From: Candidatus Cloacimonadales bacterium
GTDB taxonomy: Bacteria > Cloacimonadota > Cloacimonadia > Cloacimonadales > JAIOQZ01
Length of the DNA stretch: 64,000 nucleotides
Direction: 5' to 3'
Assembly (NCBI GenBank): GCA_963665815.1
Contig: OY762463.1
Span: 234,383 to 298,382 of the forward strand
Position 1 is the first letter of the stretch, and the number at the start of each line of letters is the position of its first letter. Both the position numbers and the translations under genes were made by a program. Positions 47,333 to 55,682 of this stretch are shown here, in pieces. The notes under the pieces are model-generated. The model worked only from the letters and a program-made list of their open reading frames with translations, searched no databases and had not been told where the DNA came from.

Positions 47333-48421
47333 ATGGCAGATTTAAAATGCAGTTTATGGGGACATGAACTTAAAAATCCAATTATGCCTGCAGCGGGACC
47401 TAATTGTGTAGACGGTAAAATGCTTATTGCCGCATCAAGAGGTGGTGCAGGTGGACTTGTAATGAAAACAATATCTGTTGAACCTGCCAGAATACCTTAC
47501 CCGAATATAAAACGAGTTAATAAAGATACCCTGATGAATGCCGAATTATGGTCTGAATATCCATATCAACAGTATTTAGATAAAGAATATGAGCTGGCTA
47601 AATCAACAGGACAATTTCTGATGGCAAGTATAGGCTATAGTGCTGATGAACTAAGTTTTCTGGGACCTCTCGTTGAGAAAACAGGCTTTGTAGATGCAAT
47701 TGAATTCTCAGTGCATTATGTTGGTAAGGATTATGCCACTGTTGTAGAAAATGCCAGAGCACTTAAGGAATCTGTTTCTCTACCGGTTCTGGTGAAAGTA
47801 TCTCCCGGATTTCCCGATATTCCTGCATTCGTAAAGGCTATTGAACCTTATGTAGATGGTTTTATAGCAATTAACAGTGTTGGACCCGGATTGGATTTTG
47901 ATCCGGTAACCCTTAAACCTCTGATGGGCTCTGAAAATGGTTATGGGTATGTTTCAGGCAGGTCTATTTTCCCGATAGCTTTGCAGATTGTACATGAAAT
48001 CTCTTTAAACACAGATAAACCGATCATTGGAGTCGGAGGTATTTACTCAGGGCTGGAAGCAGTAAAAATGATGATGGCAGGTGCATCAGCCGTACAAGTA
48101 TGCAGTATAATTATTGAAGAAGGACATTCAGCTTATTCCCGTATTGCAAAAGAAATGTCTGACTGGCTTGATAAAAACAGTTACAGCAGTGTGAATGAAA
48201 TCGTTGGATTGTATTCTAAACAGCAGAATAATGCAGTTATGGAACGACCTTCAATGAGTATTGATTCTGATAAGTGTATCAGATGCGGAAAATGCATAAA
48301 GACATGTCTGCATCATGGTCTGAGTACAGGGGAGAAGCTGTTGCCAAAGTTTAATGAGAACTGTATTCAGTGTGGATTTTGCCAGAGTATCTGTCCTGTT
48401 AATGCTATTATAATGGATTAA
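47333..48421 (+). CDS. DHODH/dihydropyrimidine dehydrogenase (PreA)-like FMN protein with C-terminal 2x[4Fe-4S]
   Basis: LKNPIMPAAGP, KT, NAELWS, KVSP, AINS, IIGVGGI and GASAVQV motifs; CIRCGKC and CIQCGFCQSICP. Confidence 0.88.
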   Translation: MADLKCSLWGHELKNPIMPAAGPNCVDGKMLIAASRGGAGGLVMKTISVEPARIPYPNIKRVNKDTLMNAELWSEYPYQQYLDKEYELAKSTGQFLMASIGYSADELSFLGPLVEKTGFVDAIEFSVHYVGKDYATVVENARALKESVSLPVLVKVSPGFPDIPAFVKAIEPYVDGFIAINSVGPGLDFDPVTLKPLMGSENGYGYVSGRSIFPIALQIVHEISLNTDKPIIGVGGIYSGLEAVKMMMAGASAVQVCSIIIEEGHSAYSRIAKEMSDWLDKNSYSSVNEIVGLYSKQQNNAVMERPSMSIDSDKCIRCGKCIKTCLHHGLSTGEKLLPKFNENCIQCGFCQSICPVNAIIMD

Positions 48422-48878
48422 TCTTATGCATGTGCAACATAAATGCATTGCTGGATTCCTTTATATTAATGGAGCCATGGAGGAATGAAACTCATTTCCT
48501 TTTCTTAGCTGTAAACTAAAGTTTAACTCATACACTAAATCGATACCTGCATTTTCTCTACGAATTGTTTTACATTTAATATATTGATTAATATGACATT
48601 ATGATTGAAGGATTGTTATTTGATATGTAACATCCATGAACTCAAAATTAACTCCAATTTTTCCCATTTCAATTTTCGCTGACTAATGAAAAGAATCAAT
48701 TCCAATTTCATTCAATCCGTTTCAGTCCATGTAAACCTGCAGTATATTAATTTTCGAGTATTTTATTTTTTGTGGATCAAATGAAATTTAGATTTTTCGG
48801 AATAATATGTGCTTAATAATGTTAATAATATTAACTTTTACTTGACTGTGAAAAACATAGTCAGGATTAAATTGCAGT

Positions 48879-50579
48879 ATGAAAAAAATAATATTAGCTA
48901 TTTCAATATATATCGTACTTGCATCAGCGTTTGCATGTACAATAGGAGCAGCGTCCGGTATTGCTACCGAAGACGGTCGTCCAATGATTTGGAAAACAAG
49001 AGACAGGTCGGGACATGAAGATAACTTTATCATAATGGATACATCAGGATTGTACCGTTGCGTTTACGTAACAGACGTAGGAAAACCTGATGCCTGGATG
49101 GGACTTAATGAAACAGGGTTCTGTATAATGAACTCAACTTCGAACGATCTCACAGGTTTGAGACTATGGGGAGAAGGCGATCTCATGTATGAAGCTCTTA
49201 AACATTGTTCAACGGTTGATGATTTCCAGATTTTTCTTGAAAATACTGTTGGTATACGAAGTGTTGCAGCGAACTTTGGTGTTATGGATGCCCAGGGGGG
49301 AGCAGCAATATTTGAGACAAGCAGTGATCATTACTGGCGTTACGATGCAGAAGCAAGTGAAAACGGCTACGTTCTGAGGACAAACCATTCAGAGCAGGGT
49401 GGAAGTACATACGGGAGAACAAGGTTGCAGCGCTCGCATGAGCTTATAGGCAACATGTATAATACTAATACTCTCAACTATAAAAATGTGCTGCAGGTGC
49501 AGATGAGGGATTTTATGGATGATAATCAGGATGGAGTACCGGTTCCTTATGAGGGATTCTGGGAGTCCGGTATGCCCTATGGTTTTGTTGATATATATGG
49601 AAGCATATGTGGAAGAGTAACAGTTTCTACGGCTGTTTTTCATGGTGTTAGAGATGGGGAAGATCCGCTTTTGACAACTATGTGGACAATGCTTGGGCAT
49701 CCTTCGTCAACCATTGCATTCCCGATCTGGGCAGTTGATCCACCCGATAAAGTTACCGGTGAATACAGTTCTCCAATATGCACAAAAGCAAGAGAAATCA
49801 AACCACAACTTTTCAGAGATGGAGTTTATTCGGACAGGCACATTGATACTTACCTCTTAAGAAATGATTCCGGTACAGGCATCTGGGACGTTTTCTTTGA
49901 TGCAGAAGACAGAATATTCTCTCAGACAGATTCAATTCTCTCAGTATGGAGAGACAATGGATTTACTACTTCTGAACTCTATGACTTCAGCAGTAGTATG
50001 ACCGAGTATGCTTACAGTGTAATGGATTCTCTTCAGATTAACAGATCAGCAGTAGTTAAGTTTTCATCTGATAAGCTGTCTGGGTTAGCTCCATTGAAAG
50101 TCCGATTCGCAGATGAATCACTGCACAATCCTACAGATTGGTACTGGGATTTCGACAATGATGGTAATTATGAAGCGTACAGCAAAAATCCTGAATGGAC
50201 ATTTAATACACCCGGAACTTATTCTGTCAGACTGACAGTTAATAACATTGAAGGTATTTCAACCTATACAGCCGATAGTCTAATAACTGTTTTTGATTCC
50301 GGTATAATACCTGAAATTCACTTAAGTCCTAATCCGTTCAGTAAGGATGTAATTTTTAATATTAAACTACCCGATCCTTCGTATGCAAAAATAAGGATTT
50401 ATAATCTGAAAGGTCAGAAAGTACATGGATTTATGTTGGAAAATGACATTCTTGATGAGATAAATTACTTGTGGGATGGTACAGATTCAAATAATATTCA
50501 GGTTGCTTCAGGGATTTATCTTTACAAAATTGAAACGATTTCTAAAATTTTCACTGGTAAAATAATAAGAATAAAGTAA
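48879..50579 (+). CDS. secreted Ntn-hydrolase (C45/C69-like) with PKD and FlgD-Ig/T9SS-like C-terminal domain
   Basis: Signal AFA|CT; WKTRDR, GLNETG and RTNH motifs; PKD WYWDFDNDG; PNPF...IYNLKGQKV...WDGTD...ASGIYLY. Confidence 0.85.
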   Translation: MKKIILAISIYIVLASAFACTIGAASGIATEDGRPMIWKTRDRSGHEDNFIIMDTSGLYRCVYVTDVGKPDAWMGLNETGFCIMNSTSNDLTGLRLWGEGDLMYEALKHCSTVDDFQIFLENTVGIRSVAANFGVMDAQGGAAIFETSSDHYWRYDAEASENGYVLRTNHSEQGGSTYGRTRLQRSHELIGNMYNTNTLNYKNVLQVQMRDFMDDNQDGVPVPYEGFWESGMPYGFVDIYGSICGRVTVSTAVFHGVRDGEDPLLTTMWTMLGHPSSTIAFPIWAVDPPDKVTGEYSSPICTKAREIKPQLFRDGVYSDRHIDTYLLRNDSGTGIWDVFFDAEDRIFSQTDSILSVWRDNGFTTSELYDFSSSMTEYAYSVMDSLQINRSAVVKFSSDKLSGLAPLKVRFADESLHNPTDWYWDFDNDGNYEAYSKNPEWTFNTPGTYSVRLTVNNIEGISTYTADSLITVFDSGIIPEIHLSPNPFSKDVIFNIKLPDPSYAKIRIYNLKGQKVHGFMLENDILDEINYLWDGTDSNNIQVASGIYLYKIETISKIFTGKIIRIK

Positions 50580-50593
50580 ATTATATATAAGAG

Positions 50594-51058
50594 ATGATTA
50601 TGAAAAAAATATACATGATATTCATTATAGCTTTTTTAAGCAGTGTTCAGTTGTTTGCAGCTATTAATCTAAACGCTTTGAAGAGAGAAGCTGCAAAGGG
50701 AGATACTATTTCAATGTATCAATTAGGAGCTTTTTACGAAAACCTTCAGCCTGCTCCGAAATATGAGGATGCTTTATATTGGTATAGACTTGCTGCCAAT
50801 AAAGGTCATGTTAAATCCGAATATAAAGTTGCCATGTTTTTTGAAACAGGTAAAGGTGTCAGAATAAATTACAGGGAGTCCTTCAAGTGGTTCAGAAAAG
50901 CCGCAGAAGAAGGATATCCTGATGCTCTGTATAAACTCGGAGTAAAATATTTTCTTGGTAAAGGTGTATCGAAAGATATTGAGAGAGCTAACGAATACCT
51001 GAAGAAAGCTTCTGATGCAGGACATCTTCAGGCAAGATCAATGCTGGGGAATTTATAG
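50594..51058 (+). CDS. Sel1-repeat secreted protein
   Basis: Signal peptide; repeats of the KWFRKAAEEG type. Confidence 0.9.
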   Translation: MIMKKIYMIFIIAFLSSVQLFAAINLNALKREAAKGDTISMYQLGAFYENLQPAPKYEDALYWYRLAANKGHVKSEYKVAMFFETGKGVRINYRESFKWFRKAAEEGYPDALYKLGVKYFLGKGVSKDIERANEYLKKASDAGHLQARSMLGNL

Positions 51059-51624
51059 TGAGATCAATACTTGTATTTCTTTTATTATCATACTCTTTAA
51101 TTTATGCTGTAGATATCAAAAAACTTGAAAAGGAAGCCAATGCCGGAGACAGAAAAGCTCAATACAATCTTGCAGAAGCTTATTTTCACGGAGATGGTAC
51201 AAAGGTTAATCATCTGCTTGCTGTTAAATGGTTCAGAATGGCTGCAACAAATGGTGATTCCGTTGCAATGAACAATCTTGGATTAATGTACGAGAAAGGA
51301 CTTGGAGTAAAATCAAGCCTTGAACTTGCCTTTAAGCTTTACACAAAATCTGCAGGGAAAGAATATCCGCAAGCTCAATATAATCTTGGAAGGATTTATT
51401 ATAATGGTATACCCGGATTGCTCGAACCGGATTATGAACAGGCGTATGTTTTTTATAAAAAAGCTGCTGAAAATGATATCGCGGTTGCCCAGTATAACTT
51501 GGCAATTCTATGTTTCAATGGTCAGGGGTGTAAAAAAGATAAGTCTATTGCAGAAAAATGGTTTAGCAAAGCTGCTGAAAACGGATATACAAAAGCTGAA
51601 GATATTTTGAAGAAATATTATTAA
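51058..51624 (+). CDS. Sel1-repeat secreted protein
   Basis: Signal peptide; AQYNL...WF.KAA repeats. Confidence 0.9.
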   Translation: MRSILVFLLLSYSLIYAVDIKKLEKEANAGDRKAQYNLAEAYFHGDGTKVNHLLAVKWFRMAATNGDSVAMNNLGLMYEKGLGVKSSLELAFKLYTKSAGKEYPQAQYNLGRIYYNGIPGLLEPDYEQAYVFYKKAAENDIAVAQYNLAILCFNGQGCKKDKSIAEKWFSKAAENGYTKAEDILKKYY

Positions 51625-51810
51625 TATTTTCGTTAAATCAGTTATATTTCTGTGTTGCTATTCAAACGTTGTTATCTATTAAGCAACCTTAATTTCATTC
51701 AAGTTTAAATATTGACATTGTGAAACTTCGATAATCTCAAATTTTCAAACTTTTAGTTGGCAAAAACACATCTTAATTTATTTTTTACATAACATTAAGA
51801 GAGGAAAAGA

Positions 51811-52167
51811 ATGAATATGAATGATAAACCAAAATTCAGTCAAGATGAAATGTACATGTTGCTGAGAGAAGGTAAAATTGCAGAATTTAATGAAGCACGA
51901 AGAAAAGGTAAACCGGTAAACCTGAAAGGAACTAATCTCAGGATGCTTGATTTACGAGGTTTGAATGCTGATGGACTTGATTTGTCAGACACATATTTAC
52001 GACAATGTGATTTAAGAGGTTTAGACTTAACTAATACTAATCTTGAAGGAGCGAGTATACACGGAGCCCATATTTCAGGCGCATACTTTCCTAAATCTGT
52101 TAGTTCTTCCGAGTTAAGACTGTCTCTTGATCATGGAACACGACTACGCTATCGGGATGGTTTATAA
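51811..52167 (+). CDS. pentapeptide-repeat protein
   Basis: NLRML/DLRGL/DLSDT/NLEGA repeats. Confidence 0.88.
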   Translation: MNMNDKPKFSQDEMYMLLREGKIAEFNEARRKGKPVNLKGTNLRMLDLRGLNADGLDLSDTYLRQCDLRGLDLTNTNLEGASIHGAHISGAYFPKSVSSSELRLSLDHGTRLRYRDGL

Positions 52168-52169
52168 AT

Positions 52170-53462
52170 ATGAATCTTTTCAATCACCTTAAAGGTGTAT
52201 TGATTCAGCTTCAAATACTTTACTTCGACATGGCTTCTTATCTTCTCTTTGGCTTAATTGTTGTCGGAGTTCTTCATTTATTTTTTAAACGAGAACTTAT
52301 ACTCAGATTTCTTGGCGGAAATCATTACAAAGCATCAGTAAATGCTTGTTTGTTAGGAGTACCTTTACCATTGTGCTCCTGTGGAGTAATCCCTACAAGT
52401 GTTTATCTGTCAAAAAACGGAGCATCCAAAAGTGCAGTACTTGCCTTTCTGGTTTCTACTCCGCAGACAGGTGTAGACAGTATTATGGCTACATTTGGAA
52501 CCCTTGGGCCTGTATTTGCAGTATTCAGACCTTTTGCTGCCTTTATTATGGGGGTGGTGACAGGTATTTTTACAGAACTTTTCAACCGAAAGGATGATGT
52601 AATATTTGATTCTGATGAACCTGAAACTTGCTCTGGTGATTCTTGCAATGGTGAATCCTGTTCAACGGAACATCACGAGGAAAAGCCGGTAAACAGATTC
52701 AAGTACATGATGAATTATGCTTTTGGTGAGTTTCTGGATGATATATCTATCCATTTTATTGTTGGATTAATAATTGCAGCATTGATCTCATTTTACATTC
52801 CGGATAACTTTTTTGCAGAGACATCTATAAATTCAGGTTTACTGGGAATGATTGTTGTAATTCTTATAGGTGTGCCTATGTATATCTGTGCTACCAGCTC
52901 AATACCTATTGCAGTAGCCTTAATAATGAAAGGATTTTCACCCGGAGTAGCTTTTGTTTTTCTTACGGTAGGTCCAGCTACAAATGCAGCGACAATAGCA
53001 ATTTTATTCAAGGCAATAGGAAAAAAGAACACATTGATTTATCTGGCTTCCATAATAGCCGGTTCAGTAATCTTTGCCTTGCTTTTCGATTTATTCTTAA
53101 ACACATTTGATATCTCAGTTAAAGAAGTTGTGCATCAACATTATCATGAAGCTGGCAATAATGTCATTAAGGTAATTGGTGGAATTGTATTCGGACTTCT
53201 TCTATTGAGATCTGTTTATACAAACCTAAAACACAGATTTTCACGGAAAGAGGTAAAAGTGGAAGAAAAAGCTAAAACAATTGTTGTACACGGAATGTCC
53301 TGTAATCATTGTGCAAAGACTGTGCAGGATGCTGTAATGAAATTACACAATGTTAAAGATGTGCAGGTTGATCTACAACATAATCATGTACATGTTGATG
53401 GCGATGTTGACCTGAAAGAAGTCAAAAATGCAATCGAAAGTGCAGGATATACAACTGAATAA
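52170..53462 (+). CDS. DUF318/ArsP (SO_0444-like) permease fused to a C-terminal HMA domain
   Basis: PLCSCGVIP, STPQTGVDS, YICAT and GPATN motifs; Cys/His-rich loop; GMSCNHC. Confidence 0.9.
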   Translation: MNLFNHLKGVLIQLQILYFDMASYLLFGLIVVGVLHLFFKRELILRFLGGNHYKASVNACLLGVPLPLCSCGVIPTSVYLSKNGASKSAVLAFLVSTPQTGVDSIMATFGTLGPVFAVFRPFAAFIMGVVTGIFTELFNRKDDVIFDSDEPETCSGDSCNGESCSTEHHEEKPVNRFKYMMNYAFGEFLDDISIHFIVGLIIAALISFYIPDNFFAETSINSGLLGMIVVILIGVPMYICATSSIPIAVALIMKGFSPGVAFVFLTVGPATNAATIAILFKAIGKKNTLIYLASIIAGSVIFALLFDLFLNTFDISVKEVVHQHYHEAGNNVIKVIGGIVFGLLLLRSVYTNLKHRFSRKEVKVEEKAKTIVVHGMSCNHCAKTVQDAVMKLHNVKDVQVDLQHNHVHVDGDVDLKEVKNAIESAGYTTE

Positions 53463-54294
53463 CACAAGAAAAGCCAATATAGTTTATTTCTCTGCTACAG
53501 GAAATACTCTTAAGATTGTTAAGGAAGCAGAGCAATTTTTACATTCAACTGGTTATGAAGTTATTGTCAATTCTTTTGGCAGTAACTTCATTCCATCTTT
53601 CAAGGATACAGCTCTCCTTATTATTTTTTTCCCTGTAGTATATGGAACGACATACAGATTCATCTTTAATAACCTTTTAAAGCTTCCTGAAGCAAAATCC
53701 TTGAAAACAATTACCGCATGTACTTATGGAGGATATGCTCCGGGATTGATGGAAACTGTAAATGGAATTTTGTCTTCAAAGGGTTATTATATACTGCAGA
53801 GCCATAAATTGAAAACTGCTTCCATATTCAAGAAACAAGATATATCTGAAGATGATCTAAGATTAGTTGATGAATGTAGCAGATTTTTATGCAATTCTTT
53901 GCAAGAAGTTGTAAGTATAAGATATACAGTAAGCTCAAAGGATAGTTGTTCAGATTCTGAATATTCAGAAGACATTGAACTATGGGAAAACCTGCATAAA
54001 AGTATATCAATTGATATTGATAGAGATAAATGTATAAAATGCGGTAAATGTATTGAGCTTTGTCCTACTGCCAGCATTGAAAATCGAAGTTTTAACATAA
54101 ATTTTCAGGGATGCGATCTCTGCTTCAGGTGTTTTCTGTACTGTCCTGTTAATGCATTTTCCATTAAGGGACTTGACATTTTTAGAAACACATTGTTTAC
54201 AGGTAATGAAATAAATTATTCCTATGGATATACCAATGAAGACAAAAAAGAAGCAAAGCAAAGTAAAAAAGAAACACAAAAGATCACCATTTGA
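53428..54294 (+). CDS. EFR1-type flavodoxin-ferredoxin fusion
   Basis: YFSATGNT; CIKCGKCIELCP and CDLCFRCFLYCP; start uncertain. Confidence 0.82.
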   Translation: MQSKVQDIQLNNTRKANIVYFSATGNTLKIVKEAEQFLHSTGYEVIVNSFGSNFIPSFKDTALLIIFFPVVYGTTYRFIFNNLLKLPEAKSLKTITACTYGGYAPGLMETVNGILSSKGYYILQSHKLKTASIFKKQDISEDDLRLVDECSRFLCNSLQEVVSIRYTVSSKDSCSDSEYSEDIELWENLHKSISIDIDRDKCIKCGKCIELCPTASIENRSFNINFQGCDLCFRCFLYCPVNAFSIKGLDIFRNTLFTGNEINYSYGYTNEDKKEAKQSKKETQKITI

Positions 54295-54568
54295 CGTATT
54301 TGAGAAGTTTAAGATAATCAGGTTCTTCAGAAGTTATGGATATACAGATAAAAATAATACAGTTGAGCTGAATGATCTTAAGGATTTCAAAGGCTATGTG
54401 CTGAAAGTACTGATCCAGAAAGAAATTTTGAACACTAAAGATGGAAGACACTATTATATGAGAGAAAAAGCGGCTAATGCGTTTGTTAAGAAAAGAATGA
54501 ATGCTTTTATCAAATTCTCAGCCGGATTGATATTCTTTGTGACTATATTAATATGGGCAATGAAGTAA
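54236..54568 (+). CDS. small basic protein with C-terminal TM
   Basis: Lys-rich N-terminus and C-terminal hydrophobic anchor; overlaps both neighbours. Confidence 0.55.
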   Translation: MKTKKKQSKVKKKHKRSPFDVFEKFKIIRFFRSYGYTDKNNTVELNDLKDFKGYVLKVLIQKEILNTKDGRHYYMREKAANAFVKKRMNAFIKFSAGLIFFVTILIWAMK

Positions 54569-55650
54569 AGAAAATCCTGACAGGTCTGCTTCTTCTGCAG
54601 ATTTTATTTCAGTTTGTATCTTTACATGCAGCTGAAGATGAAAATGAGTTAAAGAAGACAATAGTCCCGGTCCTAATGTATTCTAACAGTGCAGGTTTGG
54701 GAAGTGGAGCTTATGTTATGCTCAGAAGAAACTATAAAAAAACTTTCAAATTGGATAAATATTCTTTAGCAGGGATTTTCACTACAGAAAAGCAGATAAT
54801 GACATTTGCTTCTCTTGATAAGTATATCATGCAAAGCTTCAAGATGAAGGCAAGAATTTCATACAGAGATAAGCCTTCTACAATATACTTGCCCGGACAT
54901 AATTCAACGTTTACAGACCATGCTGATTACAATTTGCAGGAGTTCAGTATATCTTTGTATCCTACGATAGAAAAAGGTATATTTGAAGTTGGTCCAGCTG
55001 TTAACTATTCCTTGTTTGATATTTCGGAAAGAGAAGAAGATAGAGAATATATCTTTGACTGTATAGATGGTTCCGATGATTATGTATTGTTTGGATATGG
55101 AACAAGAATATCAGCGGACACAAGAGATAATGATAATTACCCTTTAACCGGATATTATTGGGAAACTGAATTTTTGAATTTTGATAAATCGCTTTATGGT
55201 GATTTTAGTTTTCAAGTTTTTGAATCTGATCTCAGGTATTTCTTTAATATCTCAGGAATTGTAATTGCTTCACAGTATTACTCCAAATTGACCTGGGGAG
55301 AAACTCCTGTACATAAAATGCCGTCAATGGGATCAAATGATATCATGCGAGGTATATCGTCAAAAAGATATAAAGATATGGATATGATGGTTTTTCAATC
55401 AGAAATTAGATATCCGCTTTTCAGAAAATTTTCAGGAACGATTTTTGCAGGAATAGGGAACGTTGCTTCAAAAATTGAAAACCTTGAGATAGGAACATTG
55501 AAAGTCGCTTTTGGAATGGGATTACGTTATGCTGTTTCTTCTGACGATCGATTAAACCTTCGTCTTGATATGGGTTCTAATAATAGAGTTTCAAGCAATA
55601 AAGATGATGATTTGTTCAATATCTATTTTTCAATAGGTGAAGCTTTTTAA
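54553..55650 (+). CDS. Omp85/BamA-TamA family outer-membrane barrel without POTRA domains
   Basis: DTRDN, MRG...RY.D lid motif, GMGLRY, NLRLD; C-terminal IGEAF beta-signal. Confidence 0.85.
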   Translation: MGNEVKKILTGLLLLQILFQFVSLHAAEDENELKKTIVPVLMYSNSAGLGSGAYVMLRRNYKKTFKLDKYSLAGIFTTEKQIMTFASLDKYIMQSFKMKARISYRDKPSTIYLPGHNSTFTDHADYNLQEFSISLYPTIEKGIFEVGPAVNYSLFDISEREEDREYIFDCIDGSDDYVLFGYGTRISADTRDNDNYPLTGYYWETEFLNFDKSLYGDFSFQVFESDLRYFFNISGIVIASQYYSKLTWGETPVHKMPSMGSNDIMRGISSKRYKDMDMMVFQSEIRYPLFRKFSGTIFAGIGNVASKIENLEIGTLKVAFGMGLRYAVSSDDRLNLRLDMGSNNRVSSNKDDDLFNIYFSIGEAF

Positions 55651-55682
55651 ATGTTTATATAAACTAAAATCTTGGTATATTT

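Noticed and set aside
48640-48730. TCCAATTT / ATTTCAAT / TTCAATCC motifs reminiscent of CRISPR repeat ends
   Set aside because: Low-complexity pyrimidine-rich sequence with no regular repeat-spacer period
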